A stretch of DNA of 64,000 nt from Acidimicrobiales bacterium (lineage in GTDB: Bacteria; Actinomycetota; Acidimicrobiia; Acidimicrobiales; Salinilacustritrichaceae), in NCBI GenBank assembly GCA_035529695.1, contig DATKWD010000108.1, positions 27,508 through 91,507 on the forward strand. Direction: 5' to 3'. The translations under genes and the position numbers were made by a program. The notes under the pieces are model-generated. The model was not told where the DNA came from. It searched no databases and saw only the letters and a list, made by a program, of their open reading frames with translations. Shown here piece by piece: positions 1 through 9,776 of the stretch. How positions within the stretch are numbered: position 1 is the first letter of the stretch; each line of letters begins with the position of its first letter.

Positions 1-364
1 GTCGATCATCATCGCCATGATCGGGATCGCCAACACGTTGTCGTTGTCGATCCACGAGCGGACCCGAGAGCTCGGTCTCCTGCGCGCCGTGGGGATGACG
101 AGATCTCAGCTCCGCTCCGCCATCCGGTGGGAGGCCGTGCTGATCTCCGTACTGGGAACGGTGGTCGGTCTCGGGCTCGGGCTGCTCATCAGCGCGGCGC
201 TCGTCAAGGGCCTCGAAGGGTTCGGACTCTCCCGGTTCGACGTTCCGGTGACGCAACTCATCGTGCTCGTCGCGGTCGCGGCCCTCCTCGGCATCCTGGC
301 GTCGGTGCGCCCCGCCCGGCGAGCGGCGCGCCTGGAGGTGCTCGACGCCATCGCCAACGAGTGA
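1..364 (+). CDS. ABC transporter permease, FtsX/MacB family (C-terminal fragment, 5' end outside window)
   Basis: The ORF is open to the window edge. ERTRELGLLRAVGM...ARRAARLEVLDAIANE is the conserved last FtsX TM bundle. It is clearly paralogous to the C-terminus of the 3291..5828 product. Confidence 0.85.
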   Translation, partial: SIIIAMIGIANTLSLSIHERTRELGLLRAVGMTRSQLRSAIRWEAVLISVLGTVVGLGLGLLISAALVKGLEGFGLSRFDVPVTQLIVLVAVAALLGILASVRPARRAARLEVLDAIANE

Positions 365-404
365 ACGGCGAGCGGTCCACTGACCGGGTGGGTCATCCTC
401 GTGG

Positions 405-1688
405 ATGACCCCGACTCGCCCCCAGGGAGGACGACAGCCTCGGAGTCGGTCGGTAGCGTCGCGACCGGTGACCCGTCCCCGCCCCGTCCAATGGCTCCGC
501 GACCATCCCTTCGCGGCCGACATCATCCTGGCGGGCACGCTCACGTTCCTCATCGTCGGCGGTCTCGTGACCGTCGACATCAACACCGACGGACAGAGCA
601 ACCGAGAGATCGACGCCATCGGCTGGTTGCTCGCGGTCCCGCAGGGCGCGCTGCTGGCCTTCCGCCGCAAGGCTCCGGTGCAGGCGCTGCTTGCGAGCAC
701 GGTGCTGCTCGTCCCCTACTGGGTCCTCGACTACGCCGATCCGGGGACCAGCATCCCGGTGCTGCTCCTCCTCTACGCCGCAGCCGCCCACGGCCCTCGC
801 CCGCAGGCTGAACGTGCTGCCTTCGCGTGCGGCGCCGTGTTGCTGGGCGTCATGGTGGTCGGGGTGTTCGTCGACACCGAGGACCTGCCTGCGATCGCGG
901 TGCTGGCCAACCTGGTGATCTTCGCAACGGCTTGGATCCTCGGTGACAGCCTGCGCAACCGGCGCGCCTACCTGGCCGAAGTCGAGGCCAGAGCCGACCG
1001 TGCCGAGCAGGACCGGGCCGAGGAGACCGCTCGAGCGGTGCAGGCCGAGCGCGATCGCATCGCCCGTGAGTTGCACGACGTCGTTGCTCACAGTGTCTCG
1101 GTCATGGTGGTGCAGGCGGGCGCCGCGAGGCGGGTGATCGAATCGCACCCCGAGCAGACCACCGAGTCACTCCAGATCATCGAATCGACCGGGCGCGGCG
1201 CACTCGACGAGCTCAGGCGATTGCTGGGAGTGCTCAGAAATCCCGACGCAACGAAGACCTCCGACCCCCCTCTGACCCCTCAACCAGGGGCCGACGACAT
1301 CGCCGAGCTCGTCGTGCAATGGCAACAGACCGGCCTCGACGTGACCCTCGATACCGAGGGTGACCCGGTCGCACTCCCGTCCGGTGTCGGTCTCACCGCC
1401 TACCGAGTCGTGCAAGAGGCGCTCACCAACGCCATGAAGCACGCCGGACCGGCCACGGTCGTGGTCAAGGTCAGCTACCACCCCGACGAGGTCGAACTCG
1501 CCATCACCGACGACGGGCGGGGTGTCCAGCCACACTCGACCGACTTGTCGACAGGTCACGGGCTGCTGGGAATGGCCGAACGGGTGGACCTGTTCGGTGG
1601 CTCACTCGCCACCGGCCCGAGGCCCGGTGGCGGATTCCGCGTCGTGGCCAACCTCCCGCTCGACACCGCTGCGTCGTCGACCAGGTGA
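405..1688 (+). CDS. Sensor histidine kinase (HisKA_3 / NarL-partner type)
   Basis: H-box ELHDVVAHSVSVMVVQAGAA and ATPase boxes ITDDGRG and HGLLGMAERV are present, with N-terminal hydrophobic segments. The stop overlaps the next start (GTGA at 1685-1688). The exact start is uncertain. Confidence 0.85.
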   Translation: MTPTRPQGGRQPRSRSVASRPVTRPRPVQWLRDHPFAADIILAGTLTFLIVGGLVTVDINTDGQSNREIDAIGWLLAVPQGALLAFRRKAPVQALLASTVLLVPYWVLDYADPGTSIPVLLLLYAAAAHGPRPQAERAAFACGAVLLGVMVVGVFVDTEDLPAIAVLANLVIFATAWILGDSLRNRRAYLAEVEARADRAEQDRAEETARAVQAERDRIARELHDVVAHSVSVMVVQAGAARRVIESHPEQTTESLQIIESTGRGALDELRRLLGVLRNPDATKTSDPPLTPQPGADDIAELVVQWQQTGLDVTLDTEGDPVALPSGVGLTAYRVVQEALTNAMKHAGPATVVVKVSYHPDEVELAITDDGRGVQPHSTDLSTGHGLLGMAERVDLFGGSLATGPRPGGGFRVVANLPLDTAASSTR

Positions 1689-2353
1689 CCGACTCGATCA
1701 CGGTCGCGGTCGTCGACGACCAGGAACTGGTGCGGACCGGGTTTCGCATGATCGTCGACGCCGAGCCCGACATGGAGGTGGTCGGCGTCGCCGGCGACGG
1801 GAACGAGGCCATCGAACTGGTCGGCCGGACCACGCCGGACGTGGTTCTCATGGACATCCGAATGCCCGGCCTCGACGGGATCGACGCCACCCGGACGATC
1901 CACGACACCCACCCGCGAACCCGGGTGCTGGTCCTCACCACGTTCGACCTCGACGAGTACGTGTTCGCAGCGGTGCGAGCGGGTGCGAGCGGCTTCCTCC
2001 TGAAGGACACCCCGCCCGAGGACCTCGTGCGTGCGGTGCGGGTCATCGCGTCGGGTGATGCCCTCCTCGACCCTGGTGTCACTCGACGCCTCATCGAGGA
2101 GTTCGGACGAGCGCCGACCCCGCCGGCGGCCGTGGACGACGAGAGAATCGACCGGCTCACCGAGCGCGAGCGCGAAATGCTCGACCTGATGGCTCGTGGC
2201 CTCTCGAACGCCGAGATCGCCGAGTCGCTGTTCCTCGGCGAGACCACCGTCAAGACCCATGTCGGCCGCGTGCTCATGAAGCTCGAGGTCCGCGACCGTG
2301 TCCAGGCCGTGGTCGTGGCCTACGAGACCGGCACCGTCAGCCCCGGCGCCTGA
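1685..2353 (+). CDS. Response regulator, LuxR/NarL family
   Basis: Receiver motifs VVDDQELVR and DVVLMDIRMPGLDG, plus a C-terminal LuxR HTH LTEREREMLDLMARGLSNAEIAESLFLGETTVKTHV. Confidence 0.9.
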   Translation: MTDSITVAVVDDQELVRTGFRMIVDAEPDMEVVGVAGDGNEAIELVGRTTPDVVLMDIRMPGLDGIDATRTIHDTHPRTRVLVLTTFDLDEYVFAAVRAGASGFLLKDTPPEDLVRAVRVIASGDALLDPGVTRRLIEEFGRAPTPPAAVDDERIDRLTEREREMLDLMARGLSNAEIAESLFLGETTVKTHVGRVLMKLEVRDRVQAVVVAYETGTVSPGA

Positions 2354-2514
2354 GCACTCCGTCACACGGGCCGGGGACCCAGGTGAGAGATGCCGCGCCC
2401 GCGCTGGGAGCAGACATGGCCGTGACGCAGGTCACCCCGCCTCCCCCTCACGGACGACGGCGAATCAGACCGGAGGCCGACGACAGGGGCGGCGGCACTT
2501 CGTACCTTCGAGGC

Positions 2515-3288
2515 ATGACCCTCACGGCAACCCCCACCCCCACCCCGACCCCCGTCTCGGAGACCACCGCCGCCGCCCGGACCATCGACGCGACGAAGAT
2601 CTACGGCGACGGCTCGGGCCAGGTGATCGCCCTCGACCACGTCACCGTCGACTTCGGCGCCGGCGCCTTCACGGCGATCATGGGCCCGTCGGGCTCGGGC
2701 AAGTCGACGCTGATGCACTGCCTCGCCGGCCTCGACACGCTGACCTCGGGCCACGTGCTGGTCGGCGACGTCGACCTCAGCACGATGTCCGAGCGTGACC
2801 TCACCAAGTTGCGACGAGATCGCATCGGATTCGTGTTCCAGGCGTTCAACCTGGTGCCGACGCTCACCGCGGCCGAGAACATCACTCTTCCGCTCGACCT
2901 CGCGAACGAGGAGCCCGACCATCGCCTGCTCGATCGGGTGATTGCTGCGGTGGGGTTGGGTGACCGGATGAGCCACCGGCCGAGTGAGCTGTCGGGCGGC
3001 CAGCAGCAGCGTGTCGCGGTCGCTCGTGCGCTTGCCAGCAACCCGGCCATCGTGTTCGCCGACGAGCCCACCGGGAACCTCGACTCGGGCACCTCGGCCG
3101 AAGTCCTGGGATTCATGCGCACTGCGGTGCGGGAAATGGGTCAGACCATCGTGATGGTCACCCACGATCCCATGGCTGCCTCGTACGCAGATCGCGTGCT
3201 GTTCCTCGCAGATGGCAACATCGTCGACGAGATGTCAGCCCCCAGCGCCGACCAGGTGCTGGACCGCCTCAAGGCCATCGGAGACTGA
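2515..3288 (+). CDS. ABC transporter ATP-binding protein (MacB/FtsE-like)
   Basis: Walker A GPSGSGKST, signature LSGGQQQRVAVARAL, Walker B IVFADEPTGNLD, H-loop VTHD. The ORF opens at 2383, but ATG 2515 (MTLTATP) avoids an R/G-rich leader. Confidence 0.9.
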   Translation: MTLTATPTPTPTPVSETTAAARTIDATKIYGDGSGQVIALDHVTVDFGAGAFTAIMGPSGSGKSTLMHCLAGLDTLTSGHVLVGDVDLSTMSERDLTKLRRDRIGFVFQAFNLVPTLTAAENITLPLDLANEEPDHRLLDRVIAAVGLGDRMSHRPSELSGGQQQRVAVARALASNPAIVFADEPTGNLDSGTSAEVLGFMRTAVREMGQTIVMVTHDPMAASYADRVLFLADGNIVDEMSAPSADQVLDRLKAIGD

Positions 3289-3290
3289 TC

Positions 3291-5828
3291 ATGTTGAAGC
3301 TGAGCATCCGCAACCTCCTGAGTCACAAGATCCGGTTCTTCATGACGAGCTTCGCCGTCGTCCTCGGCGTGAGCTTCGTCGTCGGCAGCATCGTCGTCAC
3401 CGACACCGTCCGCAAGAGCTTCGACACGCTCTTCGACGAGATCACCGCAGGGGTCGATCTCGAGATCCGCTCGGTCGATCCTCTGAGCGACGAGCCCGGA
3501 AGTCTCGGGCCGCCCCTCCCGGCCGAGGTCGCAACGCAGGCCTCCGCAGTCGACGGCGTCGAGATCGCCGAGGGCCAGGTCGGCGGCATCGCACAACCGA
3601 TCGCCCCGGACGGCGAGCCGGTCACCACGACCGGCGCCCCGAAGCTCGCGTTCAGCTGGGGCCCCACCGACGAGCTCTACCCCGTCACCCTCGAACTCGG
3701 CGCGAAGCCAGGGCCCGGCGAGTTCGCCGTCGATCAAGGCACCTTCGAGGACTTCGACTTCGTGATCGGCGACACCTACGACGTGCTGGTCCCCGACGGG
3801 ACCGAGTCGTTCGTCCTGTCAGGGACCGCCACCTTCGGAAGCACCAACAGCCTCGCCGGTGCGCGTCTCACGATGTTCGACCTCGACACTGCCCAACGCC
3901 TCTTCGATCGCGAGGGGGTCTTCGACGCCATCGACATCAAGCTCGAACCCGGAGCCGACGCCGACGCCGTCCAGGCCGCGGTGGCCGAGGGTCTGCCGGC
4001 CGACGCCGAAGTGGTGACCGGCGCCGCCGTGGCCCAGGAGGGATCCGACCAGATCGGCGAACTCGCCTCGATCTTCGGGAACATCCTGCTCGGCTTCGCC
4101 GGCGTCGCTCTGTTCGTCTCGGCGTTCTACATCTACAACACGTTCTCGATCATCCTCGGCCAGCGCATCCGAGAGCTGGCGTTGCTGCGAGCGATCGGCG
4201 CGACCGCAGCCCAGATCCGGGCGACCGTGATCCTCGAGGCATTGCTCGTCGGCATCGTCTCGTCGATCGTCGGTATCGGGATGGGCATGCTCACCGCGCT
4301 CGGACTCCGGGGGATCCTCAACGCCGGAGGGTTCGGCCTTCCGGCCGACGCCCTCGTCCTGAAGCCCCCCACGGTCGCCGTGGCCTTTGTCATCGGAGTG
4401 GGCGTGACGCTCGCGGCGTCGATCCTGCCGGCCCGAAAGGCCTCGTCGGTGCCGCCCGTCGCAGCCCTCCGAGCCGATCTCGCGACCAGCGAATCGTCTC
4501 GCCGACTTCGGCTCCTGATCGGCGCCATCATCGGCGGGATCGGCGTGGCCCTGGTCGGTTTCGGACTCTTCATCGCCGACGGCACCCAACCCACGTTGAT
4601 CGGGCTCGGGGTCGGCGCCATCATGGTCTTCCTCGGCATCGCCAACCTGTCGCCGCTCGTCGCCGGCCCGGTGGCCCGCCTGCTCGGCGCCCCGATCGCG
4701 AAGGTGTTCAAGATGCCGGGACGGCTGGCACAGGAGAACTCGGCCCGCACCCCGTATCGCACGGCGTCGACGGCCTCGGCCCTCGTGGTCGGGCTGGCAC
4801 TGGTGACGATGGTGCTCGTCGTCGGAACGAGCGTGAAGAAGACCTTCGCCGCCACGATCGATCAGGCGGTCTCGGCCGACTTCATCATCACCGATCCGAA
4901 CTTCGCCGGGGTGACGCCGGCACTGGCCGACGGTCTCGGCGCCGACCCGGCCTTCGAAGCCGTGTCGGGAATCCGGTTCGACACCTTCTCGTTCGAGGGT
5001 GGCACGCGCGATCTGGTGGCGGTCGACGCAGTCAGCGGCGGAGCGTTGGTCGACATCGACATCGTCGACGGCGGTCAGATCGACGATCTGACCGCGACCT
5101 CGATCTTCGTCCACGAGGACCCGGCCCGCGACCTCGGCCTCTCCCCTGGAGACGAAGTGACCGTGTCGTTCTCGGCGACCGGCGATCAGACCTTCACGGT
5201 CGCGGGCATCCACGCCGACTCGCTCTTCGCCGGCAACTACCTCATCAGCACCGAGGCCTACGAGGCCAACTTCACCGACGACCTGGACCCGCTCATCATG
5301 GCAGTGGTGGCCGACGGGGTCGATCCCGAGACGGCTCGGGCGTCGATCGACGACGCGCTCGCCGAGTTCCCTCAACTCGAGGTCGAGGATCGCTCGGAGT
5401 TCCTGGCCAGCCAGGAGGACCAGATCAATCAGGTGCTCGTCTCGGTCAACGCGCTGCTCGGGCTGGCGATCGTCATCGCGGTGCTCGGCATCGCCAACAC
5501 GCTGGCGCTCTCGGTGTTCGAGCGGACCCGCGAGCTGGGCCTGCTTCGTGCGGTCGGGATGAGCAAGCGGCAGACCCGACGCATGGTGCGCTGGGAGGCG
5601 GCGATCGTCTCGCTGTTCGGCGCCGTGCTCGGGGTGGCCGTCGGCATCGCCTTCGGTCTCGCTGCGGCCTCCGCCCTGCCCGAATCGTTCCTCAGCGAGA
5701 TCGCGATCCCGGTGGGCACGCTGCTGATCCTCGTGCTCGTGGCGATGTTCGCCGGCCTGCTGGCGGCGATCTTCCCCGCTCGCCGCGCCGGCAAGCTCGA
5801 CATCCTCGAAGCCATCGCCAGCGAGTGA
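3291..5828 (+). CDS. ABC transporter permease with two FtsX modules (845 aa)
   Basis: Two FtsX-type repeats (RIRELALLRAIGA and ERTRELGLLRAVGM) are separated by large extracytoplasmic regions. The gene starts 3 nt after the ATPase stop. Confidence 0.9.
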   Translation: MLKLSIRNLLSHKIRFFMTSFAVVLGVSFVVGSIVVTDTVRKSFDTLFDEITAGVDLEIRSVDPLSDEPGSLGPPLPAEVATQASAVDGVEIAEGQVGGIAQPIAPDGEPVTTTGAPKLAFSWGPTDELYPVTLELGAKPGPGEFAVDQGTFEDFDFVIGDTYDVLVPDGTESFVLSGTATFGSTNSLAGARLTMFDLDTAQRLFDREGVFDAIDIKLEPGADADAVQAAVAEGLPADAEVVTGAAVAQEGSDQIGELASIFGNILLGFAGVALFVSAFYIYNTFSIILGQRIRELALLRAIGATAAQIRATVILEALLVGIVSSIVGIGMGMLTALGLRGILNAGGFGLPADALVLKPPTVAVAFVIGVGVTLAASILPARKASSVPPVAALRADLATSESSRRLRLLIGAIIGGIGVALVGFGLFIADGTQPTLIGLGVGAIMVFLGIANLSPLVAGPVARLLGAPIAKVFKMPGRLAQENSARTPYRTASTASALVVGLALVTMVLVVGTSVKKTFAATIDQAVSADFIITDPNFAGVTPALADGLGADPAFEAVSGIRFDTFSFEGGTRDLVAVDAVSGGALVDIDIVDGGQIDDLTATSIFVHEDPARDLGLSPGDEVTVSFSATGDQTFTVAGIHADSLFAGNYLISTEAYEANFTDDLDPLIMAVVADGVDPETARASIDDALAEFPQLEVEDRSEFLASQEDQINQVLVSVNALLGLAIVIAVLGIANTLALSVFERTRELGLLRAVGMSKRQTRRMVRWEAAIVSLFGAVLGVAVGIAFGLAAASALPESFLSEIAIPVGTLLILVLVAMFAGLLAAIFPARRAGKLDILEAIASE

Positions 5829-5858
5829 CCTGGCGGGTTTGCGGGCAGACTCGTCGCC

Positions 5859-6251
5859 ATGGCCCTCGATCTCGATTCGTTGTCAGACGATGTGCTCACC
5901 TTTCTGAGCGAGTACCACCTGGCGACCCTCACGACGCAGCGGGCCGACGGCTCGCCTCACGTGGTCGCCGTGGGGTTCACCTACGACCCGCAGTCGCGGC
6001 TGGCTCGGGTGATCACGTGGGATGCCTCGCAGAAGGCGGTGAACGTGGCCCGTGGCGGCACGCGGGCGGTCGTCGCCCAGGTCGACGGCGGGCGCTGGCT
6101 CGCCCTCGAGGGAGAAGCCCGCTTGGCGACCGACGACGAGTCGGCCCGGGAAGGTGAACGGCGCTATGCCGAGCGGTACTCCGAGCCCCAGCAGCGCGAC
6201 GACCGCGCGGTGATCGAGATCATGGTCGACCGCATCCTCGGCCGGGGCTGA
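5859..6251 (+). CDS. PPOX-class (pyridoxamine 5'-phosphate oxidase-like, possibly F420-dependent) small oxidoreductase
   Basis: The 130-aa product has the pattern FLSEYHLATLTTQRADGSPHVVAVGF...VDGGRWLALEG, typical of the split-barrel PPOX family. The call is based on family resemblance only. Confidence 0.55.
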   Translation: MALDLDSLSDDVLTFLSEYHLATLTTQRADGSPHVVAVGFTYDPQSRLARVITWDASQKAVNVARGGTRAVVAQVDGGRWLALEGEARLATDDESAREGERRYAERYSEPQQRDDRAVIEIMVDRILGRG

Positions 6252-6278
6252 GAATCGACGAACCGCCGCCGGTCGAAC

Positions 6279-6665
6279 TCAGTCCTCGGCGGGCTTCATG
6301 TCGCCGAACTCGAAGAAGGCGCGCATCGTGGTGATGTGGCCGTCGTCATCGAAGGTCATGACATCGATGGCGGGGAGCACCATCTGCTGATCGCCGACGG
6401 TCGGCCGGACTTCCATGAAGAAGGCCGCCTCGCCGGCGCACACGTTGGCCTTGATCATGCGGAGCTCGATCTCGGACACCATCTCGCGCGACTGGTCCCA
6501 GAACGCAGCGATGGCCTCCTTGCCCTCGTGGACCGGTGTCCCCACCGGGTCTTGGACCGTCGCGCCTTCGGCAAAGAGTCCGAGCCACCCCTCTTTGTCG
6601 TTCGCCGAGAAGAACTTGGTGTAGTTCAGGCAGGTGGTGTGGATCACGTCGTCCGGTGCGGCCAT
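6279..6665 (-). CDS. SnoaL-like / NTF2-fold (ketosteroid-isomerase-like) protein
   Basis: Only the last 128 aa of the 296-aa ORF look protein-like (MAAPDDVIHTTCLNYTKFFSANDKEGWLGLFAEGATVQDP...). ATG at 6665. The upstream part is R-rich shadow sequence overlapping ndh. Confidence 0.55.
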   Translation of the reverse strand: MAAPDDVIHTTCLNYTKFFSANDKEGWLGLFAEGATVQDPVGTPVHEGKEAIAAFWDQSREMVSEIELRMIKANVCAGEAAFFMEVRPTVGDQQMVLPAIDVMTFDDDGHITTMRAFFEFGDMKPAED

Positions 6666-6676
6666 GGGCGACGAAC

Positions 6677-7948
6677 CTAGTTCTCGGGCTCGGTGTCGGG
6701 CCCGAAGATCAGCCTCGGACCTCGGTCCCACGTGAAGTAGTTCCAGGCCCAGTTGAGCAGGACCGACAACCGGTTTCGTCGACCGACGAGGAAGACCAGG
6801 TGCAGCCCGAGCCACGCAAACCAGGCGGGCGTCCCCCACAACCGGATCCCGAAGGGCAGCTCGGCGACCGCAGCGCGCCGCCCGATGGTGGCCATCGTGC
6901 CCTTGTCGGTGTAGCGGAACGGCTCGGTCGGCTCGCCACGCTGCACCCGGTGGATCTGTGCCGCCACATGGGCTCCGGTCTGCATCGCCACTGGGGCGAG
7001 CTGCGGCAGCGCGTGGTCGTCGTTCACGATGTGGGCGATGTCGCCGATCGCCCAGACCCCATCCGCGCCAGGAACCGACAGATCCGAATCGACGATGATG
7101 CGCCCCGATGGTCCTTGTTCGAAACCGAGCGACTCGACCAACGGATTGGCCTTCACGCCAGCCGCCCACACTGTCGTGTGCGTGCTGATGCGCTCGCCGG
7201 TGTCGAGCTCGATGTGGTCAGCCGCGACGCTCCGCACGTTCGCTCCATAGAGGATGTCGACACCACGAGACACGAGCGTGTCGTGAGCGTGCTGTTGCGA
7301 GGGCGACGAGAACGGGGCCAGCAACTGCTGTTCGCGCTCGATGATCCGCACCGACACGCGCTCGAGATCCAGGTCGGGGAAGTCCTTGCTCAGGACGGCG
7401 TCGATCAGTTCGGCCAGCGCTCCCGCGGTCTCGACACCGGTCGGGCCGCCGCCGATGACCGTGAACGACAGCACGCCGTCTTCCACGGCCGCCGGATCGA
7501 CCTGGGCTGCCTCGAAGCACCCGAGGATGTGGTTTCGCAGCCTCACCGCGTCAGCCAGGTTGTAGAGGGGCAGCGCGTGGTCGGGCGCACCCTCGATGCC
7601 GAAGAAGTTGGTGGCTGCGCCCGCAGCCACCACCAGGTGGTCGTAGCCGAGCAGCTGCTGGCCCTCGACGACCACGTGTCGTGTCTCGGTGTCGATCCCG
7701 CTGACACGCCCGTTGCGGAACCGAACGTGATCGACGCCGTGGAACAGCCCGCGCACCGCATGGGCGACGTCGGCGGCGTTCAGGCCTGCGGTCGCCACCT
7801 GGTAGAGAAGCGGCTGGAACGTGTGGAAGTTGTTCCGGTCGACGATGGTCACCGTGACGTCGTCGCCGAGCGCCCGGGCGACGGCCAGCCCGCCGAACCC
7901 GGCGCCGATGACGACGACATGTGGTCTGGGTTGGTCGACGGTCGACAT
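6677..7948 (-). CDS. ndh: Type II NADH dehydrogenase (NDH-2) / FAD-dependent pyridine nucleotide-disulfide oxidoreductase
   Basis: Two Rossmann motifs (VVVIGAGFGGL, TVIGGGPTGVE), VWAIGDIA, and a C-terminal amphipathic/membrane tail. ATG 7948 (MSTVDQPRPH). Confidence 0.85.
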   Translation of the reverse strand: MSTVDQPRPHVVVIGAGFGGLAVARALGDDVTVTIVDRNNFHTFQPLLYQVATAGLNAADVAHAVRGLFHGVDHVRFRNGRVSGIDTETRHVVVEGQQLLGYDHLVVAAGAATNFFGIEGAPDHALPLYNLADAVRLRNHILGCFEAAQVDPAAVEDGVLSFTVIGGGPTGVETAGALAELIDAVLSKDFPDLDLERVSVRIIEREQQLLAPFSSPSQQHAHDTLVSRGVDILYGANVRSVAADHIELDTGERISTHTTVWAAGVKANPLVESLGFEQGPSGRIIVDSDLSVPGADGVWAIGDIAHIVNDDHALPQLAPVAMQTGAHVAAQIHRVQRGEPTEPFRYTDKGTMATIGRRAAVAELPFGIRLWGTPAWFAWLGLHLVFLVGRRNRLSVLLNWAWNYFTWDRGPRLIFGPDTEPEN

Positions 7949-8070
7949 CCCACCTCCGCTTGTGAACCCTTTCACGAATGACCCTACGCCTCGGATCGTC
8001 GAACGCGGGGAACCATCCGCAGAGGTCCTTGAGTACGCTCGGCGTCGTGACCGATGACCATCGCACCGAC

Positions 8071-8304
8071 ATGGAACAGCTCCGCGCCGAGATCGATCGA
8101 GCGAAGGCGAGCGACGCAGACACGACCGATCTCGAGGCACTCGTCGATCGGCTCGAGCGGCACCTCGACGACGACGACGAGCACACCGAGCCCGGAATCC
8201 GCGACCGGCTCGAGGATGCGGTGCAGACCTACGAGGTCGAGCACCCCGAGGTGACCTCGATCTTCGCCCGCATCGTCGACACGCTGAGCGCCGCGGGCCT
8301 CTGA
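8071..8304 (+). CDS. Small acidic helical protein (DUF4404-like)
   Basis: MEQLRAEIDRAKASD...HPEVTSIFARIVDTLSAAGL. G/C-rich third codon positions. An alternative GTG start lies at 8047. Confidence 0.45.
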   Translation: MEQLRAEIDRAKASDADTTDLEALVDRLERHLDDDDEHTEPGIRDRLEDAVQTYEVEHPEVTSIFARIVDTLSAAGL

Positions 8305-8314
8305 AGTCGACGGC

Positions 8315-9088
8315 TCAGCTCTGACACGACGGGCACCAGTAGGTGCTGCGGCTGTGTTCGCCCTGGCGCTTGCTCAGGATGGGCGTCCCGCAACGGTGGC
8401 AGGGCCGGCCGGACCGGCCGTAGACGGCGAGCCCCTTGGAATGGGTCACGCGGTGCCCGGACCCAAGGTTCGACCGGAGCTGATGGTGGGCGACCTCGAG
8501 GAGCTGCCGGCGCCGCGCCGCATCGACACCGGACGTCAGCGTGAACGGATCGATTCGTCCGACCCACAGGGCCTCTGACTTGTAGACATTGCCGATCCCT
8601 GCTGCCACGCGCTGGTCGAGCAGCGAGTCGGCGATCTGGGTGTCGGGCCCCGCGAGGTCGACCATCCGCTCGGTCGCGAGATCGAGATCGGGACTCGGGA
8701 GGCACAGGTCGGGGCCGAGGGTGCTCAGGCGCCACGGCTCGGCGACGTCGCGTCGGTAGGTCTCGACGACCGGCGCCTGGAAGCACACGCCGAGCCAGCC
8801 ACTGTCGGTGCCGATCACGACCCGGGCCAGGTGCGCAGCCCTTCGCCAACGCTCTCCGTCGCGGTACACGTGCCACGAGCCGCTCATCCTGAGATGGGTT
8901 CGCAGGCTCAGCCCATCGTCGAAGTGCACCAGCAGGTTCTTCCCTCGTGCCTCGACATCGGAGACGGCCACCCCGAGGTCGGGTCGATCACCGACGAGCC
9001 GCGGTGCCTCGAAGCGGGTCAGCCGGTGGCCGGCGAGAGCGGGACGCAGCCGCAGGGCCGTGTTGAAGAGCGTGTCACCCTCGGGCAT
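8315..9088 (-). CDS. nei: Fpg/Nei family DNA glycosylase (endonuclease VIII-like)
   Basis: N-terminal MPEGDT (catalytic Pro2/Glu3), an H2TH region, and a C-terminal zinc finger CHRCGTPI...YWCPSCQ. Confidence 0.85.
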   Translation of the reverse strand: MPEGDTLFNTALRLRPALAGHRLTRFEAPRLVGDRPDLGVAVSDVEARGKNLLVHFDDGLSLRTHLRMSGSWHVYRDGERWRRAAHLARVVIGTDSGWLGVCFQAPVVETYRRDVAEPWRLSTLGPDLCLPSPDLDLATERMVDLAGPDTQIADSLLDQRVAAGIGNVYKSEALWVGRIDPFTLTSGVDAARRRQLLEVAHHQLRSNLGSGHRVTHSKGLAVYGRSGRPCHRCGTPILSKRQGEHSRSTYWCPSCQS

Positions 9089-9089
9089 G

Positions 9090-9743
9090 TCAGCCGATGC
9101 GCTGCAATGCAGCCCAGGAGCCCGCCCCGGCTCTCGACTCGCGGCCTTCGGTGGCGAACGGGAGCGCCTCGACGACCTCGGCGGTCGTGAGGTGGATGGG
9201 GGTCTGCGGGCCGCTCGAGTTCACCCACAGCAGCGCACCCCCCGGCCGAAGGACCCGATCGACCTCGGACGGGAACAGAAATGCGTTGATCAGCACGAGC
9301 GCGTCGACCGACGCATCCGCAACCGGCAACGCGTCGCCGTCTGCCAACACGCGGTGTGCGGGTCCGGCCGGCGCACGCAGGCTCATCTCGATGGCGATGT
9401 CGACGGCCAGCGCTGCGGCGAAACGCTCGGCAAGCATCGGCGAGTAGAAGCCCGTGCCTGCACCCAACTCGACGGCAGTCTCACAACGATCGAGCAGCGG
9501 ATCGAGACCCCGGATGAGGGCGTCGGTGACGACTGCGAACCGCTCGGGAGAACTTCGGGTGTGCCATTCGGTGGCGAGCACGTCGAAGAACCCGGCCACC
9601 TCGATGCGGGCCGCATGGTCCCACGCTGGAGCCTGAAGGCCTGCGGCACGACGAGTCATCACGCGCATCGGATGTTCGTCGTTCCCCGACCCCGACGGCT
9701 CGTGTCCTGGGACCTCGACGTCAGGGAGCCACTCGATGCTCAT
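9090..9743 (-). CDS. Class I SAM-dependent methyltransferase
   Basis: SAM motif I VELGAGTGFYS and post-I ALAVDI. It is wedged between lhr (stop 9777) and nei (start 9088, 1-nt gap). ATG 9743 is used; the longest ORF reaches 9776. Confidence 0.7.
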   Translation of the reverse strand: MSIEWLPDVEVPGHEPSGSGNDEHPMRVMTRRAAGLQAPAWDHAARIEVAGFFDVLATEWHTRSSPERFAVVTDALIRGLDPLLDRCETAVELGAGTGFYSPMLAERFAAALAVDIAIEMSLRAPAGPAHRVLADGDALPVADASVDALVLINAFLFPSEVDRVLRPGGALLWVNSSGPQTPIHLTTAEVVEALPFATEGRESRAGAGSWAALQRIG

Positions 9744-9776
9744 CCACCCAGTGTGGACGCTGGACCGGAGCCACAT

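Noticed and set aside
3212-6157. 981-aa plus-strand ORF, the longest ORF in this region
   Set aside because: The translation is almost pure R/P/G/D low complexity. It is an alternative frame of the genuine FtsX permease (3291..5828), so it is a typical high-GC shadow ORF.
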